DNA of 64,000 nucleotides from Proteromonas lacertae (lineage: Eukaryota), in assembly GCA_002245135.1 (NCBI GenBank), contig NGBS01001172.1, forward strand, positions 62,001 through 126,000, written 5' to 3'. This document shows positions 25,672 to 40,623 of the stretch, one piece after another; positions within the stretch are counted from its first letter, which is position 1; every line of letters begins with the position of its first letter. Under the pieces are notes generated by a model, which was not told the DNA's origin, searched no databases, and saw only the letters and a program-made list of their open reading frames with translations. A program made the translations under genes and the position numbers.

Positions 25672-28089
25672 ATGATTTCTAGCCTTATTGAATGGGTATT
25701 ATACATTATTTTTTATAGATCTAGGTAAATCTGTTTGTGGATACTGAGATAGTATCTTTGGACCAGCTTAATATCAACAATTGGACAAATATTGTGGATG
25801 AAATGTATTTTATCGCATTTATGTAGTAGATTTCAACAGAAAAACAATTTTAGAAACTTAAATGATGTAAAGCAATTCATAGAAACACAGTACAATGTAT
25901 ATAGTTCAAATGCTCTTATTTCTAGATACAACTTGATTCATCATCTTTAACAGCACTACAAGAAGAGGTATGTTGGTATTTTTATAGAATAGATTATTGA
26001 GACATTGATATATTCTTCTGTAATGTGTAGTGAAGGAGAAAAATTTATAAACTTAATTCGAGATAGACTATCAGAAAGTGCACAAGCTGATTTGATGGAA
26101 GTAATCAGTAAAAGAAGAGAAATCATACCAGATACAGATATATCTTCAGAACATACTAGTCCAATAAAGATTCAAGATGATCACGATGCAGTGAAATACA
26201 TCAAATACTTAGAAGATCAAGTAAACTCCTTAGAAAATGAAAAAGAAATGTATAAAAAACAGTTGAATGAAATTGAACAATTTGATAGAGATGATTTAAT
26301 AAAGAGATATAACTCATTAGAAACAACATTTAATGAGAAATGTGAAGAATATGAAGGGTTGATTATTAAATATAAAGAAATAATACAAAAATATAGTGAT
26401 TCTGAGTATATATATATATATATATATGTTTTATTTTGCTAGAGATGAAATAAAATCATTAAGTAAAGAAAAACAAGAAAATGAAAAGAAGATATCTGAA
26501 ATGCAGTTATATATAATGAATATGAAACAACAATTAGAAGAAATAGAAGATTTAAAATCAACTAATGATGAATTAATAAAAGATAATAAAGAGATTGAAA
26601 AAATGCATTTGGTATGTGATAAATTGAAAGAAAGAATAACTGAACTTGAAATAACTGAAAAGGATTATGAAGTATATGATATAATGTAAATAAATAGGAT
26701 TTAAAAAAGAGTTATAATGAAATAACCATCAAAAATAGTAAAATGGATAAAGAAATAGCAAAAATACCTGAATATGAAAATAGAATCAAATTACAGAATA
26801 AGAAATATGGTGAAAAGGAGAATCAAATCAGTCAGTTGGAAGTTGAATTAAAAGAAGCCAATGAAAACATCGAATATTTATCTCAAGAGAATGAACATAT
26901 TAAGAAACAACTTAACATATTAAACGAACAATTAAATCAAGATGGAAATATAAATAATGATTTTGATATGGAGAATAATGGAGGAATTGAATTGACAGAT
27001 TTACATCCTGAAATGTATATTTAAATATTATATATATATATATATATATAGACAAGAAAAGATTACAAATTTAGAAAGTGAAGTAGAAATCTTAAGGTCT
27101 CAATTATCTGAACAATCTGAACAGCGATTAATTAACCTTCAAGTTGATTTACAAAATATGACAATTTCAAGAGATACGTATAAGAAATTATATGAAGAAA
27201 CTTTGAATAAATTGAAGATAATGACAAATAATTATGAGAAACAAGTCAATGAATGTGAATCGTTAAAGAATCAAATAGCTCAAATGGAAGAAGAATATAC
27301 AAATTATCAAGAGAAAGTCAATCAAAGTCAACAAAGATATGAATTACAAATACAGAAATTACAGAAAGATATACAAATTGTATATATATATATATATATT
27401 CATTAATTATTATATATATATAGAAAATATTAAACTTCAATAAACTAAATGATGAATATGAAAATATTTCAAAAGAAAAGAATAAGCTATTACACGAATT
27501 AACTCAAATGAAAATACAAGTATATTTACTATTATTAATATTAATATATATATATATATATATAGAATAGTACAATGTCTCAAATTAGTAATTCCTCAGA
27601 CATGATTCATCTTTCACAAAGTGAATATAAAACCTTCAGAGAACACTATAAGAAGATAGAACAAGAAAATCAAGAACTACAAAACTTATTAAAAGATGTA
27701 TAATTTACTTATTTATTATTATTATTTGTTTAGAAGGAGAATAAAGATTGTAATGGAGGAAGTAGTAGTAGAATTGGAATGTCTGCTGGAAAGAATGCTG
27801 TTAGAGTGTTGAATGATAAATTACTTAAATTGAAAAGTGAGAATAATGCAGCTATGCTTCAATTATATGATAGTATAGTTTATTGTATTATAATATCATA
27901 GAAAATCAAGAAATTGCTTCATATGACAATAAATGTAAACAATTTGAAAATGAAATTCAAGTTATTAAGAAGAAAATGGTGCATATGGAGTACAATCATA
28001 ATAAAATAATGGATGAAGTTGAAGAATTAGTTGAAAAATACTGTTCTCCAAGCGAAAAAGAAAAATTCAAGTCATACTACTTCAATTAA
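25672..28089 (+). CDS. HOOK-family dynein adaptor (hook domain + long coiled coil), many exons
   Basis: LETLIYSSVMCSEGEKFINLIRDRLSESAQADLMEVI matches the Hook domain end; long heptad-repeat exons follow. Confidence 0.75.
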
Positions 28090-28196
28090 ACTATAAATAT
28101 TATCTTTTTGTTGTTTTACTTCTTTGTAGTTCATAAAAAACACAGATATATATATATATAAATACATCCAAATGCATAAAAAAAGTATAATTACTT

Positions 28197-30236
28197 TCAT
28201 ATCTTGACAAAAAAGCCAATACACTTCCAATATTGCGCAATAATAATCCACATTGTAACTCCAAGCATTCCACTCTCCATTAAATACCAATGATTATACA
28301 CTTCACCATCAAATGTAAATGGAAAATAACCAGCAAAAACTTCATGAGCTGCATATATCAATATTGAATTCATACCCACAGCTAAGAATGGAAAACCACT
28401 ATACAAATGAAATACATCTGATAATATATGGAACAATAATAATAACAAAGTTCCACTACCTGCCATTAAGAATACAAATGAGGTTGAACATAAGTTCTTA
28501 TTAATTGGAATAATACCATTATGTTGACTGAAATTACATAATCCTCCAGCTATACCACAGAAAATTAAACCCATTAAGCTATTATAAATAATACGACTAT
28601 GTAATGAAGAGAAACAATGATATATTTGAATACAAATCACACCTAAAGAACATAAAAATATTGCATTAAATCCACCCAATATGCCTTCAGGATCATACTG
28701 TCCAGTTCTATAAACAGGTTTTGTTCCTGAATACATATGATTTAAAGTGAATATTTTCTTATCAATATAAGTATGAATACCTCCTGTACAATCAGGATAT
28801 AAACCATAATCTCCAATTCCTCCTGGACCAACATAACCTCTTGGACAGCCAGAAACAGTAGTAAGTCTTTCTACTAATAAAAAAATTGTTGGAAATATTA
28901 ACATCACTATCCATTCAAATACATGGCTAAAGAAGAATTTATCTATTTCAATAAATCTATCATCCCATTTCTTTATAATTTTTTTATTCTTCCAATCAAT
29001 TAATGGAATAAATAACAAGATTAAACCATTAATAAAACCAATAACAGCAAAATATTGTAATACTCCTGTTATTCTAGCATGTTTCATATCTGAAGCATTA
29101 TTCAAGAATATTCCCAGAATTTCTAAACTAATAGCTCTTTTACTTATCTTCAATAACATTTTTAATGTTATATTCCAACTATTACCATGTAATTTAATGG
29201 AATGAAACGATAAGAATAACGAAGCACCTGATATCCACATAAACCAAGGAAATACAAAATCTGCACATGTTAAACCATCCCAATCTGCATGTAAGAACCA
29301 ACTATATCCACCACTACCATAATTAGCAAATATCATTATTACTAAAGACATTCCTCGAAATATATCTAATGAAATCATTCGATCTTTTTTAACTACTTTT
29401 ATTTCGGATATATCTTTATATCCATCATTCTTCTTTTCTTTTCGTTTATCATAAAAATATAGTAACCAAGACCAAATTATGAAAAATAATACGCAAACTC
29501 CTACAGTTATTAAGAACGGAGGTAATGTCGAATGACCTTCATGATCAATTATAGGTAAGATTGATAAATCATCAAATATTATTAATGTATATATTCCATC
29601 TTCATTAAATCCAATTTCACTAGTTTTACTATTATTTGTCACATTTATTTGGAATATACTGTTATAATCTCGTTCAATTTCTTTATAATCTCTATTATTA
29701 TAATAAAATTTACAAAAATATATATAATATACGATATTTCATCTTTTACATTCTCTAGAAACAATTCAGGAAAACAATGATAACAATTCGTTGTCGTTCT
29801 ATAGACATTTACACTATCACTTCCATTTCCTATATGAATTAATCTCACTAGACATTTTTCAAATGATTTAAATGTTGAAATAAAACTGTATTTATCTTCA
29901 CTCCAATTTACTTTAGAATCGTATATATAGAAGGTGTAACCGGTATTATTTACAAAATCAATCTCATTTTGATATGAATTCAAAGATATTGCATAATGAC
30001 CTGATTCTATTCTCAAATATTCAGTTATTTCATGACCACTAAAATATATACAAATATTTATACCTAATTGTACTATTAAACACTTCTATATTGCCTAGTT
30101 TCAATGAAACAGTTGTTGAGTCTTTATTACCATTAAATACGCGAATATTACTAACATTATCTGATTCTACATCTCCAATTGCAGTATTTGATAATAATAT
30201 GATAGTTAGTAATATCAAAATTATTCTTTCATTCAT
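28197..30236 (-). CDS. HGSNAT: Heparan-alpha-glucosaminide N-acetyltransferase
   Basis: Signal peptide; RMISLDIFRG, HADWDGLTCADFVFPWF, CPRGYVGPGG, DPEGILG, PINKNL and GMNSILIY motifs. Confidence 0.95.
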
Positions 30237-30370
30237 ATTTTTTGAAAATGATTTTCAAAATGCTTGAATAATAGTTTGACAAATTAAAATGAAAATATCA
30301 CTTTTTAAGATGAAATAAAAGATTCTTTTAAACAAACAACCTGAACCAGTGGTAAAGGCATAAAAATTAT

Positions 30371-32488
30371 TTAATCATGATGAGAAACTAATAATAATTC
30401 AACTGAAGTGTTTTGACCATATAATTCAGCATATGAATATAATGGAGAAGGTAAATCTTTAACAAGTAAAACAGGAGATGAATTATTATGACTTATCCAA
30501 AATTCTCTTTTATTCATATCAACTATCACTTCATAAATTGAACCATCTCCATGATTATTGAAATTTGGATTTGTATTAACAATTGTTCCAATATGACAAT
30601 AATAAGTAATATCTTGACTTTCACCATAATCTACCCAATAATTACATGTTGTTGATTGATATTGAATATTATTTTCAGAATATGTATTATCAATTGATAA
30701 TCCTAACATTATACCATCATATTTACTTCCATTTTGATGAAATTTATATTTGATATGATAAACTCCATTTTCCATTTTCAAATTCAAATAACAATGACAA
30801 TAACCATGAATTGTATTTGTTATTATTTTTCCATTATTTGATACTTCTATTCCATCACTTTTGTTTAATTCTGTGAATTTTACATCAACAAATTCTAATT
30901 TTATTTTGAATTTCTTTTCATTTACAATATTCTTACAACTTATTTCATATTCTCTCTTTTCGATTACTCTATTCACTTTTCCATGAATTATTCCATTTTC
31001 TTGATCTATCATTAAACCATCTGGTAATGAAGGATTGATCGAAAATTCACATCGATTTCCATCAAATAATGGAATTATTGACATTTCTTCATCTAATATA
31101 AATGAATATTCTGATTGAGGATATGAAAATGATGTGATTTCTTTTGTTTTTAATTCTTTCAATAATTCTTTATCTTTCATTATTTTTATCATTTCTTCTT
31201 CTTCTTCGAAACTCAATTTATTCTCTTTTATATACTCCATTAATAATTCTTTCGATTTGGAATTTAAATAATTATCTTCACTCAATATTCTAAAAAGAAT
31301 CTCTATTCCACTAAGATTCTCTATTGTTACTACATTCTTTTCTGTATTTACAATTAAACACAAACATTTTATTGTTCGATTTCTTTTATATCTACCATAT
31401 TCATATAATAACTTTAACAACAAATTATTCTTTCTTTCATTTGGAATAATTTCTTTCATTTTCATTACAACAATTAAATTCAGTATTATTTCAACTATTT
31501 TCATATCTTCATGATATAATAATTTTATCATTTCTCTTTTTACTTCATCTTCATTCATTAGTATCAACCAATTATTACATAGTTCAATTTCTTTTTCTTC
31601 TTTTATATAATATTCATTTATTATTTTAATTAATTCTAAATTTTGAATTTCTTTCGCTTTTATACAAATATGATCATTTGAGTATTCATATATTGATATA
31701 TTTAATTCTTCTAATTCTTTCAATTTTTCTTTATCCATTTCTTCTTCCTTTATCTCATTCAAATGAATTTTGGATTTTAAGATTGAAACAAATTCATTCA
31801 ATTCTTCTTCATTCTCTTTTTTCTCTTTTAGTACACTTATATACCATTTCAATAACTGATTTAATAACCATGTTTCATCTATTATTATCAGCTTTTTACT
31901 ATGCATAATATACTTTATCATCTCTAAACTCAGTTGAAGAAGTAATTCATCTATTTGATATTATATTATATTTATACCATCATTTAAGAATATAAATCCA
32001 TTCATAATTAAATACTCTTCACTTATTTCCTGCATTTCTTTTAACATTTCATTATTCAAATCAAATGAATGCAAAACTTCAAATAATTCTATCATAATAG
32101 AATCAGATAAGTGATTCTTTATATATCTTTTACAGATTCTCATTATACAATTATCATTGTAATACACACTATACCTCAATATATTACAGATATTACTGTC
32201 ATTTATCTCCATACAACCACCACTGTAGTATTTTTCTATCTCTAAAAATGAGTTTATTTCACACTTTTCGTATAACTCTAATACTCCATTCTGCTTTTTA
32301 TCTAATAATAACTTCTTTATTGTATTATTTCCATTCATTAAGATACTTTTTACACAGATTATCTCTTCATTTCCAATTTTCACTTTCAAATCACCAAAGC
32401 CATAATTCACTAGTTTTCTACTCAATCTATAAATAAGTTAATGCATATTATACCCGCTATTACTGATTTCATTATTATATAATTTCAT
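30371..32488 (-). CDS. BTB/POZ + putative Ig (He_PIG-like) + SPRY/B30.2-like protein
   Basis: N-terminal GDLKVKIGNEEIICVKSIL..YYSGGCMEI (BTB), INPSLPDGLMIDQENGIIHGK (putative Ig), C-terminal SPRY-like GIMLGL..VIVDMNKREFWIS..LPSPLYSYAEL. Confidence 0.7.
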
Positions 32489-32842
32489 TTCAGCAAAATA
32501 TTGATTTTGGAATAGTTTATGAAATAGATTCGTTACATTTTCATTAAAACCAGTTACACTGAATAAATTAAGAATGAAATATATTTGAGGGAAATGAAGA
32601 TGTAAAAGAAATAAAGTGAACATAAATATAATGAAATACTATGCAAATTATATTTAGAGTCTTTAATATGTTTATTTTTTACATTTATATGTGTACAATG
32701 GATATGAGATAATTTTAGTAGTAATGAATGAGAATGCAATTTAATGAGATATTCAATTATTATTTAAAAACAAGTGTTTGTTATATATGATAAAAACAAA
32801 ACAAATAATACCATTTATTCATAAAAACAAATGAAAATATAC

Positions 32843-35800
32843 TTATAATTGAGTATTATTATCTACGATGTTAGCTTGTAGTAAAATATTCATCAATTCA
32901 GCATTTGTCATTGTGTTTCGATTTACTTTCTTCTTCTTTAGTGTCAACGTTCTTCTCTTCTTCAATTCACACATTATATCTTTTGAATTGCCTTTTATTA
33001 ATGTCTTGAAATTATTAAATACACTATCATTTGGTGGAATTAGTTTATTCTTCTTTTCTTCTACTTTTTCTTGTTTATTAAATGTTGTATTATCTTTTGA
33101 AATATGAATATGAGTAGCTTTAAGTGGTTTCTCTTTAAGAGATTCTTTATTTTTCTCTTTCTCTTTTTCTTCCTCTTGTTTTGATAATCTTTCTAGTTTA
33201 CATCTATTGTCTATTAGATTTTGAAGAAATTTGTTGAATTTTGTTAATGTTTCATCACTCTTACTTCTCTCATTTTCTCCAAAATACTTATTCAAGTTTA
33301 TTATACATTCACAAGCATTCTTATATTCTCCATCACACTTTCCTATCAACTCAAACAAACTATTGTAATATAATTTGTTTATTGTTGAATAACAATCTAA
33401 TTCATTTATTGGTTTACTTTCTATTAACACTTTTACATGGTTTAATATATTCTTCAATTGGTTTATTTCGACATTGATTAAATCTAATTGATATCCACAT
33501 ATTATATTTAAGCCATCCCATTCATTCTCGAAATATAAAACATCTTTTTCTTTTTCAAATATGAATTTGATTATATACTCAAACAACGTTTGCTTATTGT
33601 TACTTGTCTTTGTTGTGTATAGTTTATCAAATGTTGAGAGTGTAAATCCATATTGATTTCCTCTATTAGTTCCATCTGTTAAACAATATATATATATATA
33701 ATTATACAATTCAAATAATTGCCAATAGCCAGAATATACTCTAAAATCTTCTTGAATTTTTGATTATTCATAATCTTATCAACTATAGTTGTTATTCCAC
33801 TAATCTATTAAACATTATATACACTATTATTAATACTTTCTTTCTTATTTCCTCTATATCAGCCTGATATGTCTGTTTTGTAATCAGCGTCTGAATTCTA
33901 CTTGATAATCTTGGTATATTCAACATCTCTAACATAAACTTATCAACTTCAGATAATTGAGATTTATCTCCAGTGAATCTAAACATAATATATCCATATA
34001 AATTTATACGCTTGTAACATTACAGTTTCATCTGGTGTTGGAAAAATCTTCAGTAAAAACTGTAGATTTTCTAAACTCAATACTATATCATCACACTTCA
34101 ATAAAGCAGTTTTTATCTTTTCGACTGGAATTCTTATTCTCTTAAGAACAATAGCTACATTTTGTTGTCTTCTACTATCAACTATTTGAATGAGTTTTGG
34201 TTTTACTTCAACATTTGCTTCTTTTGGTTTTGAAAAATCAATTTTTGATTCTGCTGATGAAAATAGGCTTTGAATCTCATTTGGATTTCTATATTGTTAT
34301 ATATATAAAAATAGATATATTATACATTTTTATTTCACTACAATCTACATCTTTCCATACAGTTTCTTCTATCTTGGATGTTGATATCCCAACCCAAAAT
34401 AAAGACTTCAGCTTCTTTTGAGGGGTTTCATATTTTGGTAATGGTTTATTAATCTTCACTTCTTCTTCTACTACTTTTTCTTCCTTTTTCAAATCAGTTT
34501 CTACTTTTGGAATTGGAGGGATTGCTTTTGAAGGGATTGGTGGTTCTGGAATCTTCTCAATTGACTTTTCACTAACCTCTTTATTCTGATAACTAGATAC
34601 TCCTTTTAGTATTTCTAAATCTTCCAATTTTATTTCTAATACTAATGGATTTAGACCATCGTTTTTCATTTTCTGATACAGCTGTAAAGTTGGCATTCCC
34701 ATTTTTAATAGTTTGTAATATTTTCTATAACTTTCAACATTAACTTCTTCTATATTTATACCACTAGGTATTACAATTTCAGATTTGGTTTTATTAGCAA
34801 CTTTTTCATTTGTATTAGTCGTTTCATTGACTGATTCACTTTGAGAAGTTGGTTTAGAAGATGAGTATTTCTTTAATTCATCAAGTTCATAATTCAGCAT
34901 TTCTGGATTTAATCCTTCTACTCGAATCTTCTGTTTCAATTGTTCTACTGGCATTCCCATCTTCTTCAATCTAAAATACTTTTCATAATCTTCAAGTTTA
35001 TCAATATCTTCATTTGTTATTCCTTTTGGCAGTTCCAATTTTATTGTTTCTTTAGTTGTTTCTTTAACTGATTCAGATTTCTCAGAAGTATATTTCTTTA
35101 ATTCATCAAGTTCATAATTCAGCATTTCTGGATTTAATCCTTCTACTCGAATCTTCTGTTTCAATTGTTCTACTGGCATTCCCATCTTCTTCAATCTAAA
35201 ATACTTTTCATAATCTTCAAGTTTATCAATATCTTTCATTTGTTATTCCTTTTGGTAGTTCCAATTTCTTTGAATCTGATTCTTCATCTTTAACATTATT
35301 TATAATTCTTGGAGGAGTTTTCAACTTTTCTTCTTTCATTCTTTCTATATCAGTATTTAATTCCTTTATTTTATTGTTTAGATTATTTATCTCTTTGTCT
35401 TTGTCTTTTATTATTGATTGTAAATGATCTTGTTTATCATTCGATTCTATTTGTGATCTTAGATTATTGATCTATAACAATTATGAATAAAAATGTCTAT
35501 ACTTCATTGTTTAAGTCCACATTTGAACTTTCAAGCTTTTGAATATCTTTTGATTGTTCTATTTTCTATCAAAAATATAATTAGTTAATAATATACATCA
35601 AATTCAAGAGTTTTATTCTTTGTATGTAATTCTTTGTAATTCTTTTTCAATTCTTCATTCTATACATACATCATAGATTATAATAATACTTCTTTTTCTA
35701 GTTTTTCTTTCTCAGATTCCATTATTAACAACAACTCTTTTGACTTTTGTATTTCAGTTTTCATATTCTCATATGCTTCTTGAATATGTTTTGATTGGTT

Positions 35801-37719
35801 CTCTATTTCAGCAATTTTACTCTTTTGTCTTTCAATAATATCATCTTTCTCTGATGATTTCTCATATCTATTTTCTAATTCACTTTTTAGATTGTATAAA
35901 GTCTATAATTAGTTTTATAATGAAAATAAATACTTTTATTTCCTCAACACTTACTACATCACAATCTATTCTTTCTGAACTTAACAACAGTATTTGGTTA
36001 ATAGTTGAATTAACTACTTTCCACATCTTCTTTCCATAAATAGGATCACTTGGAATAAGTAGTAGTAATCTCAATATATTGATAAATTCATTTGAAGTCC
36101 CTTGACATTCACTCACATCAGATAAATAAGCTATACAAAAACAATTACACAAATAATAATAATAATAATAACATACTATAAATAGAATCAACATCACCTA
36201 AATCTATATTATCATTATCAATGACTCTTTCTTTATTATCTTCAATTTCTGTCTCAAGAAATACATCCAATTGTGTTCTTATATCAACTTTCATATCCTT
36301 ATTCTTGCATTCATCACATATTGCTTTTATTGTAGAGACATAATGAAATGAAGCTAAATCATTACGAATCTATTATCAATTAACAATAATAATATATAAA
36401 TCATACCTCTATCCTTTCTGTCAACTCACCATTTTTATTTACATAATTATTAATGAAATTGGCTATATTCAAACATAATCCATACTCACATCTATATTCT
36501 TCTAATATTAACTTTATGAAATTATATCTACAAAATTCTCTATGTGAAATTCTATGATATTCAATTGCATCATATAAGTAACTACTGATTTCTTCATCAT
36601 AGAAACAACTTACAGATAATATTTTGAATAATTTATCTAATACAATTACATTTGTTACATCAACACAGTTTATTATATAATCATAGACATTTTCTACTTT
36701 CAAGAATTTGTTTAATCCATATTCAATGTTTAGAAATGCTGTTAATAAATCTAAAAGTGATGAGATTATTTCTATTTCTTCATCTGTATGATCAATATAA
36801 CTTGTATAATATGAAATAGCCTATTTATCGGTAAATTAATATAGAATAAATATCATTATATACATCAAGAATAATCATTAAACCATTATTCTCATAGAAA
36901 TTCTTTATCTTTTCAGTTGAATTGACTTTCATATTTTTTTCTATTTCTTTCATTGATTCAAGTAATTTTTCATCTTTCTATATATAAGCATATATTACTA
37001 TTTACATAATACATCTTCTATATGTTTTAATAACTCCGTTAAGTGCGGTATTTCTGATTTGTTCTCTAATAATTGATTCTCTTCTTCTTTCAATTTGGTT
37101 ATTATCAACCATTTCTTTGATATATCATTCTCTCTTAATAATTTCTATATATATATATCATATATCATATAAATAATTACATCTTTTGATGATAAAGCAA
37201 TACTAGACCTCTTTATAAGCTTGAGATATTGATCATTTAGTAACGAGGTGTTAGTTGGTATTTTAAAATCAGTTTTATGTTCAACAAAGTATTTTATCTA
37301 TATTATATATTCTGAATCTATACAGACTCATATAATTTCAGAGATTCTGCGTCATTTGGTACAGTAGAAAATGATTGGCAGATTTTATTAGTAACTACTA
37401 TATCAAATGTTTCTAAATCATCTTCTGAAGGTATTTTATCACTTGGAGTTCTACAAGCTAAAATACTTCTCAAATCAATAAAACTATTATATATATTTGA
37501 TTTTAACATAATACTGATATTGATCTTCATGATTTTTAACCTCATTATCAGAATAACCAAAGGATCCTCCTTTTAAACTACAATAAATAAGTTTTAACTT
37601 CTAAATAATGAATAAAACTGATATACTGATTCTTTGGATGAGTCTGTGACTAACTTATTCAACTTGCCTTTAACCACAGTAAGATATTTTTCTAAATCCA
37701 CAACATTACATGTTGCCAT
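32843..37719 (-). CDS. Diaphanous-type formin (GBD/FH3, internal repeats, FH2), many exons
   Basis: KKWLII in GBD, LRLLLLIP in FH3, FH2 motifs KLKSLFW, RQQNVAIVL, ILAIGNYLN..GFTLSTFDKL..TKT. One +1 insertion at 35234-35236. Confidence 0.9.
34866..35266. repeat. Near-identical ~175-nt direct repeat within formin (34866-35041 and 35091-35266)
   Basis: Both copies encode LELPKGITNEDIDKLEDYEKYFRLKKMGMPVEQLKQKIRVEGLNPEMLNYELDELKKY and differ by about one substitution and one inserted base. Confidence 0.95.
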
Positions 37720-37870
37720 ATCTGTTTATATGTAATAATTTACTATTATATATTATTTATTTCTAAAGATATCCTCTTATAATAAAGATATGAAAAAAAG
37801 AAATAATGAAACGACTATTATTTTGAATAAATCAAATTATAACGACTCTCTTTTTGTTTGAATTTTTTTG

Positions 37871-39486
37871 ATGCAATCTGAAACATCTTCAGAAGATCTC
37901 TCTAATAATGTAAGATAATTATTATTTAACTTGTAGAAGAACAACATTACTTTACCATTCTGACAATCAATCAGAAGTATTATCATATTTTTATTACATT
38001 GGTAATAGACTTCAGACAAATCAAGAAGTATAGTCAAGAAAAAAACAAAAAGGGTGATTACAAAGCACACAACAAGTATTATACTTATTTAACTCTATTT
38101 TTTATTTACAGCTGTTACTGACATTGGTTCCAAGCAAAAGGAATTGCAAGAAGAGATAAATTCAAAATTAAAAGATTTTCAAACAAAAATTGAAGATGAG
38201 AACAAAACCAAAGCCGAAGAAGCTGATCATTTGGTTAATAATGTATCTAACTGGAATAATAAGATCAGTGATACTAAAAAAGACGTATAATTACACATAT
38301 GTTTGTAATTAATTCTAAATTTATAGTTGGAAGAAATAACTAAAATGCTTGCAGCTAATAATCAAAGAAGATTATCCAAAATAAGTACTCACTCGCATTC
38401 TCACAGTAAACCAGGTTCAGTTGCCTCATCTAGCTCAGTATCCATAGTAGGCAGTGTATATAATATATATATATGAAAATATTAAAATGTTACAATATAG
38501 AGAATTCCTGATAGTTTATATCGTCCATTGACTGAAAGTGGTGTAGATAAGAAATTACTCAAACAATTAGATAGATATTTCCACAAAAGAGAACATGATT
38601 TAAAGCTCAAATATTGAATATGCACAATCAAAAGAAACAAAACCGATTATTGAAGAAATGTTTCTTAAGTTGGTATAATGATATGAAAAATGAAAAATGT
38701 GAAAAAGAGGAGAAAAATGATAAAGAATTTATGGACAATTGTAATATACAGTCGATAGAGAATGATTTAATATATGAAGGATTAAATAATGATGATTTGG
38801 AGAAGAATAAAAATAAAGAAAACATTAAAAAACTATCAGTTTCACTTTTGAACAGAAATTTAGATAATATGTGTAAGAGAATAACCAAACAAGCTTTTAA
38901 CAAATGGATAAAGTTAGTAAATGATGAAAATAAACAAAAAAATAAGAAAGTATTGGAGAAGACTGAAATAACAATGACTTATGAAAGTAAACCAATGAAA
39001 TTTCAGAATTATTGTACAGAATATAATGCATTATTATGTAATGAAGACAATGATAATAAAGAGGTTAAATTACACTATAATGAATGTGATATATGTGAAT
39101 TAATAGATGATAATAATCATGAAGATGAGGAGTTAGAATATGTTGAATATAAAGAGATAATATGTGAAGATAAGAATGAATATGAAAATGAAAATAATAT
39201 TAACAGTAATGTAATTGATACTGTTGATAATTTATCGTTTAATGTAATAAATCCTGAAACAGAGATAAAAAATCCAAAGTTCCATAATGGAATATGTAAT
39301 AAAATACCATCAGATATGAAAGTAGAAGAAGTTGATGTGTCATTTGTTACTACTGCATCTCTTTCATTAATAACATTATATCCTTTTGTAATTATAATCT
39401 ATTTAGTTAGTATCTTTAATGATATTTAATGTAATTGTGATAATAATCTTGTTGAAATCTTCAATTCCCAATCAATATGGAGTTAG
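37871..39486 (+). CDS. Hypothetical coiled-coil/acidic protein with probable C-terminal TM anchor, multi-exon
   Basis: ATG 37871, several short introns, ORF 38614-39429, hydrophobic terminal exon. Ends uncertain. Confidence 0.5.
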
Positions 39487-39582
39487 TAGATATTATAGAA
39501 ATTGGTAAAAGATAAAAAATAACAAAGAAATATTATTATTATTGTAATTCTTTTATTTTATTAATGTTGTTGTTTGTAATAA

Positions 39583-40501
39583 TTAATAATAATTTTCCAT
39601 TCTAACTCTTCCTGGAGTATATCCATCTTTTACATTATTAATATCACCATCTTCTTCTTCTTTATATGGATGTTTCTTTCTATCTTCTCTTATCCAACTT
39701 TCAACATTGTCAAGTATTGTTCCTCTCTATATTAAATGTTAATAAAAACAATATTATAAATACAATTCCAACAGATTTACTAATCATTCTTCCTATTCTT
39801 CCTTCAGATAAATACATAATGTGAGTAAACCAACCTTCTAATCCATCAAATATATGAGTTGCATAGACAATTGTTACTCCAACTTCTTCAGTTTTAAGAT
39901 ATTCTAACAAATCTTGTCTTGTTACAATATCAATATCTGTAGTTACTTCATCTAGTAATAATACTTTGAATGGTTTCAATAATCCTAAGAATATTTGAAC
40001 TCTTCTCCTCTGACCATCTGATACTCTATGCATTCTCCAAGATGGTTGAATTCCTAACAGTTTCATTAATCTATCTCTTCTTTCTGGATATCTGTCCTGC
40101 CAATCTGTCATTAAATCTCTTACTGGAATATCAGATAGTAGAGGTTGTGAATAACCACTAAATGCAACTGTTGTCCTTCCCCAGTTACTTTCTATTAAAG
40201 TTAAATCATTATTTAATGTTGTATCAAAGTATGGATCTTTTCCAAGCACAGCTACTGATCCTCCTAACACTTTTGATTTGCCAGATAGAATATGAAGCAA
40301 AGTACTCTATAAATAATACTTCAGAAATATTTACTTTACCAACTCCATTATCACCAGTCAATATACATCTATCCCCTTCACTTAATACAAAAGAAACGTC
40401 ATCAAAACAATTCTTTTGGTCTCTATATGCAAATTGTATATGATCAATCTAATATAAAACTATTAAAAATTAAAATATACAGAAATCGTAATTGCACTCA
40501 T
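39583..40501 (-). CDS. Soluble single-domain ABC ATPase, CAF16/ABCI-like
   Basis: Walker A GDNGVGKS(T), WRMHRVSDGQRRRVQI, LLLDEVT and YATHIFDG motifs; 3 introns. Confidence 0.9.
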
Positions 40502-40623
40502 CAGAAAATGAAAAAATACAAAAAACAATTCAAAAATTTATCCGTTTTCAATTTTGAAAAATTGATAAAAAAACAACATATATTAAGAATCGATAGAAAA
40601 TAATAATAATAATAATTTCCAAA

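Noticed and set aside
34866..35266. Direct repeat as LTRs or a CRISPR-like array
   Set aside because: It is an in-frame coding duplication inside formin, with no spacers, TG..CA ends or TSD.
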